A DNA stretch of 64,000 bases from Camelus ferus. Its lineage: Eukaryota. Positions 11,831 to 24,868 of the stretch are shown in pieces. The notes beneath the pieces are model-generated. The model ran no database searches, had not been told where the DNA came from, and was given only the letters and a program-made list of their open reading frames with translations. Each line of letters starts with the position of its first letter. Position 1 is the stretch's first letter. Both the position numbers and the translations under genes were made by a program. The stretch covers positions 75,580,001 through 75,644,000 of the forward strand of contig NC_045696.1 of NCBI RefSeq assembly GCF_009834535.1, in the 5' to 3' direction.

Positions 11831-14745
11831 AAAAATGATCATTAAGGGATAGATCAAAATGCTGAATCTCACACTTTCCACCTTCCAAGACTCCTTTTTG
11901 TTAATTTAATTCCTCATAATGGACTCTATATTCTGAAAGGTTTTTTTCAACAAGTTACATTTATTTAATACAATTGGTTTCCCCACTTTTCTTTTAAAAA
12001 AATGTAAATGGCAGTAAGAGCTTATCATCAGTCAAAGATAAGCATTCATAAAGGTACATGACACAGTGACTGTCGTTTTACCCAGATTTATATTTGCACT
12101 GGATGCGATGAAGTTGATGACTGCTGAGAAAATGATGAAGGGGCAGGTAGGGCAGCCTGGGTGACAGCCCGGCTCCTCCTCTCCAGGCAGCACTGCTGCT
12201 CTCTGCTCTTCATTAACCAGCTGATGACTCTTGTGAAGGGATTACAAACTTTGTTTTTCACAAATTCATCTATATTCAAGGTTAACATTATTATCCTGAC
12301 TATGCTGTGTCATGAAGTTTAGAGTTTACTGGGGGATGTGTGAAAAATTATGCAGATAGCTATAATCAAGAATTCAAAAATTAATTAAGGAAATGTAAGG
12401 ATATATCTTCAGTTATAATATACTGAATTAGGAGATTAAATATAGCATATTAGGAGATATTATTTACAATAATGTATCCATGGAGAAGAATCATGAAATT
12501 GCTGGGATCACCTTGGGAATGCCAAAGGTGTTGTATAACTCCAGCCAAAGCAAAGAAACTTGACAGTTTAGTTAGCTCATGCAGTCTCATTATGGGCAAA
12601 TACATGATTACTATTTTAATTTTTGAAATATTTAAAGTAACTTGGAGATTTCCATTAATATCTTTGTGGGCCCCTAAGTAGTGAAGGACTTCAGGACGGG
12701 AACAAATACACTCACGGGGATCTAATTAATGTTTTTTTTTTTCAATCAATGAAATGGTAACAACTTGTCTCTAGAAAAGTTCAATCATTTCACAAGTATG
12801 ACTATTTTTTCATTTCGTCCAAATTTAGGAGTTAAATAGAAAAGCAATAAATTACAAAAATACAAATTTTGGCATGAGAAAATGGAATATGGGCACATCA
12901 AGAGGCATCATTTATATGAAAGATGTACAGAAAAGCAGTGACTGGTGTCTGGGAGTTGAAAATTCATTAGTGTGATAAGGTCTGAATTAGAGAAAAGCAT
13001 TGAAATCACCGTAATAAAACTATAAAGGAAGACCAAGGAAGCTGAGGCCATAATTTCCCACAGAAATTCTAAACTGAATAAAGGAAACCATCACTAATTT
13101 ATAATTGCAAGTCACCCTAACTTATTCATCATTCCCATCTCTGGTACATGCTTGGCAGTGTGTGAGATGCCTGCCAATAATGCTGGCTGAAAAAAGAGAA
13201 TATTTCTGCCAGAGTGGAAATACTGTGCCAGATTTCAGAGGTAATTTTAGGTCACCAGTCCCAAGCCAAATATCTCCACTCTAGAAAGACTGCTTAATGC
13301 AGTGAATAGGGGAATGGGGGAAGGGGACCCCTAAGCCTCCAACTCCATCATGTCTCCTGCAAGTCATTACTTCAGTTAGATTTCTTTCTGTGTGACTCCA
13401 GAAGGCTCTGCCTGCTAATGACAACTCATTTAGCAGAATGACAGTTGTTTGATACTCACAGGGAATGGAGCGAGCATTGCCTGACGTGTGCTCTGCTCCT
13501 TCAAACATCCTGCTGCAGGAGAATCTTTACTACAAGGGGCATTAGAATTAAATGTGAGCTATTAAGGAAGGAAAAACTCTTACTGTCTGATATTAGCCTA
13601 AAAAAAGTGTGAGAGAGAAGAAAACTCTGAGAAATAGTACAATGCTTTACTCTGGCCTACCAGGTAAATTGATTGCTACAGCATTGCAATCCATGGGGTA
13701 CCCATGCAGTAGGGGTTTTGGGCCATGGATACATCAACATAAATCCTTATTTGCATTCATTTAAGAATTCATAGGACCAGTTGTCATAGGGAATATGGTT
13801 CTTTTAGGCTGTCCATCTGTGTGTAAGCACACTCACCCACCATAACATTTGGATGATTTAGGATTTAAGTAGCAGTAAGTCTGGATTCTGAATAGCTCTG
13901 TGTAAACTTTAGGAAAAATGAAAACATGGATGCTATGATACCATTTTGGCTACCACATTTGATTGACTTTCTTTGATGAGATTTTGGAGACTAGTTTGAT
14001 TTACTTTTTTCTTTTTTTTAACCCATCAAAACAGGACTGGAGATGAAAGGATAGCGATTACTGACATTTCTGCTGCTTGGCTTGGCTCATTAAAGTGATT
14101 TGATCTGTAAACAGAACCCCATTTTTGTTTAGCTGCTTGAGAGATAACTATTACAAGACTTTAACAAAATGTTAAAAAGAAAAATTGTGATGCACATTTT
14201 ACATTTCAGAGAAGAGTGATTTGTTCAGGAATTTGCATTTTGGTGAAGAATATTTCTTATTTTTCAGATCTCGGATTCCTTTTTGTAGAAATGCACAGTT
14301 GGCTACATGTGCATAAACAAATGTGAAACTGTATACTGAGAAGCGCTGCATTAAGAAAGCGAAATAAATCCAATACACAGTAAGAAAATATCATTCTGCC
14401 ACTTTCTGAAGGAAAGGGTAATATGTTCCCTTGTGCCAGAGTTCTCCTGGCATAAAAAGGCCTAGACTACATCTTTGGGCGTTCATTACTTCTCTTGCTC
14501 AGAGCCCTCATTCATAAACCTGAGAAAGTTTGGTGTTTTTAGTGCCTTATACTGCCTCATTCTTATTTAGTCTAGGACAAGGTATTTTAAAAAAATGTTT
14601 AAAACCAATCATTTGATGTGGTCCCTTACTAACATTTTCCTTCTTGGAAACCACCAAGAAATTTTTTCTTTCTTCTCTCTGTATCCTGGAGGGAGACTTT
14701 GCTAGATTCATTCTGTTGTCAAAAATGAAAACTTCAAAAAAACCC

Positions 14746-14771
14746 AAAACAAAACAAAACAAAACAAAAAA
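14746..14771. repeat. (CAAAA)n microsatellite
   Basis: Read directly. Confidence 0.9.
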
Positions 14772-15002
14772 CCCAGAGTTGGTAGAGTGTCCCTATGGAA
14801 TTCCTTAAAGAAAAATAACCACCCCCTGATCTACTGGCAGGAAGTAATCTGACTCCTCTCTGAAGATGAAACCTACTTACCTTATTATCTCTGTATCAGC
14901 CCTTCTTAGAAGACCATAATGGTTCTACCACACCCTTCTGCGCCCGATTACGTGGATATATGATGAGGAGAGGTATGTGAGGATGACTCTGAAGGGTCTT
15001 CC

Positions 15003-15206
15003 TATTTATTCTTTTTTAAATAAAAATTGTGTCTGTGTGTGTATGTGTGTGTGTGTGTAGTGTACAACGTGATGGCTTGATATACATATGCATAATGAAA
15101 TGATTACAACAGTTATGCTAATTAATATATCATTTCCTCACATAGTCACCATTTTTTTGTGTGTGGTGAGAGACCTGAAATCCACTCTCTTAGCAAATTC
15201 CCAGTA
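15003..15206 (-). mobile_element. L1 3' end (L1MA-like) with internal (TG)n
   Basis: 'gtgtacaacgtgatg...gaaatgattacaacag...cctcacatagtcacc...gtgtggtgagagacctgaaatccactctcttagcaaatt'. Confidence 0.85.
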
Positions 15207-15239
15207 GTCTTTGAAAGAGTCTTATTATGTCTCTTTCTA

Positions 15240-15545
15240 TTTAATGCTTACTCAATGGTTAGATTTTAACTTAAGTATCATTATTTTCAGGAAAGTTTTC
15301 AAAAATCTCTAATTCAGGTTAATTTGTGTATATGTGTGTGTTACACTATCATAAAATCATGATGTTTTTCTTTCCTACAAAAAACTTACTTCCATGTTTG
15401 TGTGTTTATCTGTGTTATTTGACTTTAAGCTCAATGAGACTTGTGGTTGTTTCTGTTTTCACTGACTACTATATCAGGTACATAGCATGGCTCCTGGTAT
15501 TTAATTAGTATGTAGTAAAATGCTGAATGACTGTATACATGAATA
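15240..15545 (+). mobile_element. L2 3' end
   Basis: 'gactttaagctcaatgag...tctgttttcactg...catagcatggctcctgg...gctgaatga'. Confidence 0.6.
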
Positions 15546-15759
15546 TATACAAGGCAAAAGACTTGGTAAACAAAAAATTTCCAGCAATATCAGTAAATGT
15601 ATTCACAGAAAATGAAATAATTTACTATCTTATAGCTAGAAGTATTAATTTTGCCTGCCAAAGAAGACTCTTTGATACTTCATAATATACTTAAAAGGAA
15701 GTTTTCCCATCACCCTCTCTCTCTGTTTCTGCCTCTGTCATTGAGTGAGACCCAGTTTT

Positions 15760-16450
15760 TTCAACGTCATTATGATGCCCTTCTAGTCAGACATAAATGC
15801 TTCTCCTCAGTCCTCTTATTCCTTGACGTCTCAGTGATACTTGTTCTGTTGACATCAGTCCTTTCCAAACTCCCCTTTGCGCTTCTCACTGATCTAGAGT
15901 GGTTCCCATTTCTCTTCCACTGTCTCCAACTCCTCTTTTTTCCCAGTCTATTAACCGTCAGAAGTTCCCAAATTCATTTCTTAGTCTTCTGTTCTAAAAC
16001 TTTGTTTTGTAGAAGCTACTATCCTTTATTTGTTTTAAATCTTCATCCATTAATCAATTGCTCCTAAATCCTAACCTTTTGCCAAATTTCTCCATCAAGC
16101 GCCAGCCCTTTTGTTCAAACATCCTACAAGAGACTTCTCTGGAAGTTCCTTCAAAACCAAAAAATTCAGTTTGACTATAAACAAACTTCTTAGTTTTGTT
16201 GTTAAGAATGCTCCACTTCTCCTCATCCTCATTTCATGTTGTATCACCAGTCCTCCTATAAATGGGAATGTTTGGAATTAATGGCAAAGCTTGATGCACT
16301 TTCAGGTAGGTTCCCCTTGCCACCCTCATTTTTATTGCCGTCCTCTGTCATTGCCCTACACAAGGACTTCATGTTCACTTGTCAATTTAACGTCCTCCTA
16401 GCTTCCTTTTCTACCTCTCATATCTCCCATTTTCCCCAGACCATAGCTCA
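15760..16450 (+). mobile_element. L2 ORF2 (RT region) remnant
   Basis: 'cagtcctcttattccttgacgtctcagtgatacttgttctgttgac' resembles the L2 segment encoding LDLSAAFDTVDH; pyrimidine-rich. Confidence 0.6.
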
Positions 16451-16619
16451 CCTTTCTCTAACTCTTTTTTGTATTGAGTAACTGTACTATATAACTGAGT
16501 CCTTCTATTATTAATAGATTATTATGTGAAAGACTATTCAGAAATCCATTTACTAAATCATAGGATTCTCAGCAAAAATACCATACTGCCTCCTACAACT
16601 GACAATATTTTTACTGCCT

Positions 16620-16793
16620 TCTTTTTTATTGAGGTATAGTTGATTTATGATGTTACATCAGTTTCAGGTGTACAATGTAGTGATTCAAAAATTTTATAGA
16701 TTATACTCCCTTTATAGTTATTATAAAATATTTCCTGTGCTGTACAATATATCTTTGTAGCTTATTTATTTTACACATGGTAGTTTGTACCTT
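16620..16793 (-). mobile_element. 5'-truncated L1 3' end (laurasiatherian type)
   Basis: 'ttttttattgaggtatagttgattta...gtttcaggtgtacaa...cctgtgctgtacaatatatc...tagtttgtacctt'. Confidence 0.88.
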
Positions 16794-19700
16794 GTAAGAA
16801 AGTTAATGATGTTTGTAACACACTCTCCCCCCAAATAAACACAAACACAGGCCATTAGATAAATAAATAGATGAAAATGATCAGGAACATCCGCACAGCC
16901 ATCTGCAGGTGATGGACACAGCTGCCCTGGCGCTCAGATCTGGTCCCATCTACAGAACTTTCTAGGCAGAGAATCTTTGCTACTCTCTTATTCTCTAGTG
17001 GTGCTTCAAGGCTTAGCATTTTGCTTGCTATTATTTTATGACTTTTATTCTCACTGAAGCCTCCATACGGTAAGAAATTATGATGTCTACCAGCTTGTCT
17101 AGCCTCTCCAGCTTTACAGTAAGAGAAAATAAAATAGACAAACCAAAGCAACTGTAACTCTACTGACTAATTTTTATGTTAAGCAATGTGAATAATAGAT
17201 AGCAAGTCAAGATTCCACCATTAGATGACTGGAAACATGTACTTGTTAGTTTTGTCTGTCTAAATGTGAGCCCCTTGGGGGAGAATTCAAGTTGCACACT
17301 GGTGTTTTTTTTTTTTTAATGCACAATAAATAGTCTTCTTCAGTCTGAGTGATCTTAGATCTAAATTGATGTAGTTTGAAAAAATTTAATAGTTACATTT
17401 CAGCATCAAAAAAGTTTGGTAACTACTGAAAAGAAAAAAAAAGTACATAATCCCACGACTCCAATTTGTTTATTAACAGTTTTCTATATTTCCTTCTAGT
17501 CTTTTTTCACATTTATGTGCCTTGCATGCTTATCATCATAGTGTATATGTTATTTTTTTCCTCTGAAATTTAAAAAAACAACATTGTATCAAGTATTTCC
17601 TCTGCCTATGCTACATAGTTTCCATGCTTCTCTGATATTTCTCTAAAAACAGGATCTAACAAGTGAGCTGGATAAAGTCTAAGGACTCATGCTAAATGCT
17701 TTCTTCCTTCATAGTAATAGGCCAGCTGCCCATTAACTCTTATGCGTCTAGTCACTGTGCCACATACCGGTGCATGCTGTTTTTTTCCTAAAATAATTAA
17801 TTTACTGGGAATAATTAAGGCACATTGCCTTGACATCAAGAAAATCAGAATTGGCTCTATATGAGAGATTCACCCCTGCCAACTGAGAAAAAAGGATTAT
17901 GTTTTTATCTGTGAAATAAATTCTCAGACATCTAAGCATGCTCATGCTGAGAAGGAAACATTCAGCCATTTCAATGTTTAGAGATGCAAGAAATTTGATC
18001 TTTTTCCTTTGGCATTTCCATCATATTCAGCTGTCATCTTGGGCTGTCAGAACTGTCCCATTACTTATAAATCCTTTTGGATCTGTGTTCATCAGTTACT
18101 GCATCAGAAGCCCTAACTCTCAGTAAGTCTGAATAAATTTAAATTAAAAAATAGATCTGGGTTAACTACAGACTTGGTTCTCTTTATTTTGTGTAATGCC
18201 TAACTATTACTTTCCCCTATATTTAAATCAATCACTTTCTTTGCCCTATTCATTTGTACCCTTCACTAATGCCCTGCACCATCCATCTTTTCAAATTATA
18301 TTTTGGCTTATTTGGGGATTATTATTAGAGAAGCAGTTTTGCTTTTTTATTATTCATTATTATTCCTCATTTTATTTTTTTTAAAATTTCATTATTTTAG
18401 TGACTACTTCTACATTTAATTTCTAATTGAACTTGAAGATGTATCCACCTTCATGCATCCATCCATTCTTGCATTCTTCCATTTATTTATTTACTCATTT
18501 AATAAGAGCCCTCCTTTCTGGCAGGCAAACACTAGTTGGTTTCTAGTTCAAAGAGAGGGCCAATTTAGTCAAATAACAGTTTGTGACCTATTGATTTTTC
18601 CAAAGCATCTCTGCATGAAATCAGGATCTGTTTGTTTCCTTGAAATGAAGTCTTTATGTAGCATCTCCTGTTGTTAATATAAAATGTATTTTTTCCCAAC
18701 AATCATTTAAGATTTTCTTTTCCATATCTTTATTTTAGAAGCTCACAAACTTTGTTTCCTAAACTGATACATTGGTATTAAACTGGCATTATTCTTATTT
18801 AGAGAATAAAATACTTCTTTTTTCACATGCTAGTTGTCACTACGTTTCGTTGTGTTTCCCATTGCTGATCACTGGTCTTTGTTCTTTGAAACTTTGGCCT
18901 ATTTGAATGCCTTTGGCTTATGCGGATGTACTAGAACTTATTTTCTTGTTATTTTCTTTCTTCTTTTCTGGACTTATTTTCATTAATTTTTTTTCCTGCT
19001 CTGTACATAGGGGCAAATAATTATTTTAGTTTTTCACACTCTTCAGTCCTTTCTGCAAATACTTTTGATGTTTTCTTGCTTTAAGATTATTCTCTAGACA
19101 GTTCTCAAATACAGATTCAAGCAATTGTTAACAGTTATTTTGGTGTAATAACGACTGATTAATTACCTAGCTCTTTGCTACCAGTTTATTACATTTTAAA
19201 TGAGACAATACTGGACTGAAGCCAGGTAAATATTGTTAGTAATATTACAATTTTTTCCTTCTCTGAATCATGGTTTGTGGCAGGTCTCTTGATTTTTTCA
19301 TGTTTTTACTGGGGAAAATGTGTTTCTTCACAAGAACATTTTGACTCTTAACACCAGCTAATCTATGCCACTCTCCCTAGAGGCATTTCCCTTTAGCTTA
19401 GTAAACATTTGATGAACTTGCTGCCATTAGTAATTATCTCTTCCTATGTTAACCACTCAGACTCTTTCAAACTTATTCACATAACTTTAATCCACTGAGA
19501 ATAAACCCTAAATTTTAGAATTTACTTGGGCATTCGGAGCAATGAATAATTCCTGCTAAAGGAAGATTTACTGGGAAAATAATGCAGAATTGTTCCAGAT
19601 TTCATTGGATTTCTATAGTGTTGTCTGAAGCATTTTGTTTCTCAAGAGAACCTTTCCCCACCCTATTCCCTCAATATGCACTTTTGATATAACTTATACT

Positions 19701-20199
19701 TATTAACTGTACAAACTCTCTTTGTTATACTGACATCAATTTTGGTCTTTTATAAGTTGAGTTTTTACTTTTTGTGTCTGTAGCAAATGCATTTGATTTA
19801 ACACATAATTTGCAAACATTCACCAGAGAACATTTAGATCTTAAGTCAGGAATTGTCAGTACTAACAAATTTCCTTCTATTATTATCAATTCACACTTCT
19901 ACAGTTTATGAAGACACTTATCTCCCCACACTCCTACCAATACAGAGCTTCCCGTCTCTTTCTGTTAAAGCCCCTGCAGTTACCCAGGGTGTCTGTGTTC
20001 TCTGTCTTCCCTCTGTACCTCTGTTATGCACATAATATTTAAATACCCTTTGTCTTAAAAATTGTCAAATACTACCTGTGCATGTGAATAAAATGTAAAT
20101 CATTTTCCTCATTCTTTCTCAAGGGTAATTATTTTCAACAGTTCAGTTAGCATGTGTTTTATAAATCCATTCTTAAACATATTTCATTAATAGGTATGT

Positions 20200-21050
20200 T
20201 ATATATGTGGTTTTTTTTACAGACACATGTTAAACTGTATACATTGTTCTCTGTTCATTTTTTCACTTAAAGTATTGTAACAGTATATATTTATTTTTAA
20301 TAGCTGAATGAATGTTTTTTTATCCTGTTCCTTTTTAGTGAACGTTTAGTTTATTTCTAATTTTTTCTTCATTATAATATTTAAATGAATATCTATAGTT
20401 GATAATGGAATTGATAATGGGAGGTAGGAAAATATGAACATACTTGACCTTTGAGCCACACTGGTTTAAACTGTGCAGATCACTTACAGGGGTATTTTTT
20501 CCCACAGTAAATACTACAGTACTACATAGTCTGTGATTGGTTGAATCTGCCGGGGGGGGGGGGAGGAATTGAGAGGGCTGACTATAATTTATAGGTGTGT
20601 TTTTAACTGCTTGGAGAGTCAGCATCCCTAACCCTCACATTGTTCAAGGGTCAGCTGTATATCTAATTTTATTAGCTACTGCCAAATTTATTAACACTTT
20701 TTAATAGAATTGGTCACTTTTCTGATGTCCTTGATTATTTACTTGTTGTATCTATCAGTTTCAGAAAGATGGATGTAAAAAAAATTCCCCATTTTGTGGA
20801 TTTGTCAATTTCTCCGTAGTATTAATTATGCTTTCTACGTTTCAAGATTATATTTTCAGTGATATACATGTATGATTATTATATCTTCCATGTGGGCTGT
20901 TCTTTTATTATGATTTTATATTCTTTTTTATCACTATTAATATTTTTTCTTAAATTCTATTTTATCTAATATTAATATTCTCATACTGGTTTTATGTTTT
21001 CTTTTGGTTATTGTTTACTTGGAGTACTCTTCTTTCTTCTTTATAAACCT
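20200..21050 (-). mobile_element. Old L1 fragments interrupted by a Tigger element
   Basis: 'gtggatttgtcaatttctcc...tctattttatctaatattaatatt' is an antisense L1 ORF2 pattern. Confidence 0.55.
20441..20657 (+). mobile_element. Tigger2a-like non-autonomous TcMar DNA transposon
   Basis: TIRs 'tacttgacctttga' and 'tcaagggtcagctg', followed by TA; internal 'gtaaatactacagtactaca...ttggttgaatc'. Confidence 0.88.
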
Positions 21051-21655
21051 CATGTGTGTAGAATTGGATCAATAATAAACCATAGATTCTATGTGTCAAA
21101 TAGAGTATATACTTTCTAGGGTTAGAGTCATTGTTCATTATGAGATTGCCTTTTGATACTTTTGAACACTTTTTACTGACATATTTGATTAGTTCATCAC
21201 TGATTTTAACCTAATAGCATGAGTAATGTCGAGCTCACTTCAGGAGTAGAAGTGTCGGCTGTCATTTAAGTTTGGTTTGCTTGTGCTTTCTTTGTAATTT
21301 TAGCCTCTTGTTTCTTGGAAGAAATATTTTAAAGTCTTTGACCATTTTGGGGGATTAGCCCAGCTAAAAAGCGTAACAGAATTGACAAATACACTTGACA
21401 TCAGAAATCAAAATATAAAAGAACAAAAGAATAAGTTCACGACTGTCAACCCCTTTGGATCAAAGAAATCTCATTCTTCCCTTAGGATATTTTACCTGTT
21501 ATGTGTGATACATAATCATTTGACATGCAAAAATGAGGGTACTGGTGTCCATCTGTACATTAACTATTTAGTAAAGCTTAATTTATTTATTTTAAATACA
21601 AATTACATTTCAAAGAATGTATAATATTTTCTTTTCTCCATCGCAGTGAATCAGC

Positions 21656-24051
21656 TAGTGTATTCTCAAAAATGTGGTCTGGGGACCTCTGGTGGCCCCA
21701 GAGGCCCTCTTCCTGGAGGTCCATGAGATTAAATTTTCATAATAATACTGGGAAATTAATCACTTTTTTTTTTTTTTTACTGCGTTGTCATTTGCATAAA
21801 TGATGCAACTGCCATGGGAGGACAAACTGTGAGAGTCTTAACAAGAATCAAAGTAGTAGCAATAAATCGTACTGGTGGACATTCTTTCATTGTCGCAGGA
21901 AAGGAAAAAAGTAATACCTGAGACAGAGCAGGAAAATTATTAGTTTTATTCAATCCCAATGTTTGAGTACACGTCTTTTTAATATTGTGTATGACAAAAT
22001 ATGCATAAAGCACTTCTGCTGTGTAACAAAAGTGATGGCTGTCTTGTGCAATTGTTGAGAACTGAACTTGCCCCATTTTTAAGATGAAACACTATTTTTT
22101 GCTTGAAAAAAACTATTGCTATTCAGACTTGAGTATTTGGCAGACATTTTCTCAAAAAAGAATGAAGTGAGCCTGTCACTTCAAGGAAAACAACTGACAG
22201 TATTTGTGGCCAATGTAAAAATTGAGCTTTAAAGTTAAAATCAGAACTTTGAAAACATGTATCCACCGCCATAAACCTGACAGTTTCTCAATACTTAAAT
22301 ACAGGGCTGGCTACATAATTTGCAGGCCTTAGTGCAAAGTGAAAATATGGGGCTCCATGTTCAAAAAAGCAGGGGAAAAGTACCATTAAGGGTTCCAAAA
22401 TAGAGGACAGTTTTCTTTTTCCCATGGTCTTTTTTATTTGCTACTTAATGTTCTTCTAAGTAAAGAAAATTAGGTTAGTAGCCTGGCTTTCACTGTTCAT
22501 ATTATGCGAGACCAATTTTATGTACAAATATAAGAATGTTTGATTCACGTGCAAAATCACAGCAATTGCACAGTTAGTATTTCCCTAGCCTACACATGCG
22601 TTTTGTTGTTGTTGTTCCAGAAGAGCAGAAATGATACACAACCCTAAGCAACTTTTTATTCCATTTCTTGACGTTTGCACATTCTATCAACGTCATCTTC
22701 AGCTTATTTATGACTAAGGAAGGACTGAAAAGAAAGGAACTGTGGGTTGCCCTATCTTTCATTTTCTTACTGTCATCATTTTCAGCTAAGACGGTTGGCT
22801 ATTACAGGAGAGGAATCCTGATAAGAAAGGATATGATAGAGTTCCTAGGTGGTTCGCCTTTCTTAGAATTCACTATCTTCTTTCTGGGTTTGAAGAAAAT
22901 TCTGATTTGATTTAAAGATATGGTTTCCCCCACTTACTCCAGCATAAACTTAGCAGGCTGACCTTTACTTTGTATTTCACGGAGCTCCCACACTTCGCGG
23001 GTGCACCGGAACTTTGTGATCATGGGGCACTGTGAACGCTATATGCAAGTGAGGGGCCAAGGCACTGCGGACGTGCATGCTGCGTTTTGCACCCATCTTT
23101 TTTGGTTTGTTGTCCCATTGGGCTTCACTTACAAAACACAAAGTCAAAAATGAAAGTATTAAAAATTTGAAGTCAGCAATATCAGAGCATTAAACCAAGC
23201 ACTGGATACTTTTGGGTGTGGAGGTCCTCTACAACTGCACGGCTTCCACTCCCATAAATCCGACCCTGCTTAAAGACGTTTATGACCTTAGTGGTGACAC
23301 TGATGCATGTGAATTGTTGCTATTATATAATCCAGTATGGTAACACTTGGGAGATTTGCATAAACCTGTGAACCAGTATTTTTCCAATGATCAATGAACA
23401 ATGTTACAAAACCATGAATGGATGAAACATCCATTCAAAGCATAAAATAGGCGGATGGATTTTAACTTCAACAGAAGGCAGAAAGTTAGTTACTATGGTT
23501 TCAGATTCCACATAGCAACTAGCTTTTAAGAAACTATCACCTATTGATTTTTGGTGCAGGATCAAAGATGACTATTCAAAAATATTTGGAAAAGGTTGAG
23601 TTTTTTTTTTCCTTTTCCAACTATGTATCTTTGTGAAGCTGGACTTACTTCATATACTTTAACCAAAACATAATATCGCAATAGTTTTTTGTTTCTTTTT
23701 TGGTAGTGCAACAGATTGATTGTAGAAGCAGATATAAGAATCCAAGTGTTTTCTATTATAACAGACTTAATCAAGGAGGTTTGCAAAAATCTAAAATAAT
23801 TCCAGCATATACACTAAAATTTTTTTGCAAAATATTTGTTTCTTAATTAATGTGCTGTTTATGTAACATGAAATGGGCTTCGATTGTTATTATTAAATGA
23901 ATTATAAATTAAGTATTTGATAATTTCTGTTTCAATTTGGAATAGAGAAAATCTACTAGAAATAACCCATGTGAAGAAAATCTCTTAGGGACTCTAAATA
24001 ATTTTTAAGATCGTTTGGGGATCCTGGACCCAAAAAGTTTGAGAGCCTCCT
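21656..24051 (+). mobile_element. hAT-Charlie (Charlie1a-like) DNA transposon, split by a MER45-like insert
   Basis: Ends 'ttctcaaaaatgtggtctggggacc' and 'caaaaagtttgagagcc'. From 21781 the sequence translates CVVICINDATAMGGQTVRVLTRIKVVA, a degenerate hAT 'ICTDGAxAMxG' catalytic motif. Confidence 0.88.
22302..23268 (-). mobile_element. hAT-Tip100 (MER45B-like) element
   Basis: Termini CAGGG...CCCTG; 8-bp TSD cttaaata (22294-22301) / cttaaaga (23269-23276); 'ggctacataatttgc...agtgcaaagtgaaaat' motif. Confidence 0.88.
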
Positions 24052-24603
24052 ATCTAGTACAACAAAGAGAGCATCATGGATTCCTCAGCACAAAATTGAA
24101 ACTTACTGTAGTAAAAAATAAGTCATGACAATCGGTACTTTTAAAAGGTAATAAATATACTACCTCTTAAAATGAAACTCTTATTAGTAAGGTGTTACAA
24201 CAGAATGTTAAATAATTGGGGTTCAGGTAAAAAAAAAAAACTGTATCAAATATAAATATGAAACTTATGCTTTTATTGACTCAAATAATATTTTTTGTCA
24301 TAATTTTCAAGATATACATCCTAGTTTTTGTTCATTTTCTTTTGCCTCTAAATTCTTATGTGTTTTTAATCTCCTGATTACAAAATAATACATGTTTATT
24401 ATAAAGTTTCAAAGATGCAGATATAGAACATTGTAAATTTCCTGAATTCTCACACTTAAAAGGCATTACCAAGTTGTTGCATCTCCTCCACTAATTTTTA
24501 ATCTTTGAATACAAATATTATTATTATTATTATAAGTTTCCTATAACAATGTATGTCAAAATCTGATAGTGATGGATATACTTTTTTAACTTAATATTAT
24601 CTT

Positions 24604-24868
24604 GTTTTCCTTTTAAGAAGGTGTTTTATTACCTTTTGGTAACTTAGCTTGGTTTTTTTTTTTTATGTTTTTATTCAAGTATAGTCAGTTTACAATGTTG
24701 TGTCAATTTCTGGTGTACAGCACAATGCTTCAGTCATATAGGAACATTCATATATTCATTTTCATATTCTTTTTCACCATAGGTCACTACAAGATATTGA
24801 ATATAGTTCCCTCTGCTATACAGTAGAAACTTGTTTACCTGTTTAATGTATACTAGTTAGTATCTGCA
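24604..24868 (-). mobile_element. Young 5'-truncated L1 3' end with extra sequence beyond its poly(A)
   Basis: 'aagtatagtcagtttacaatgttgtgtcaatttctggtgtacag...aagatattgaatatagttccc'; poly(T) at 24653-24664; 15/17 TSD at 24587-24603 / 24869-24885. Confidence 0.88.

Noticed and set aside
13410..13500. Two small imperfect hairpins
   Set aside because: Stems of about 10 bp are too short for a pre-miRNA, and no known mature miRNA is recognised
15651..16067. 138-aa hydrophobic, membrane-protein-like ORF
   Set aside because: Pyrimidine-rich L2 remnant produces the Leu/Phe/Ser bias
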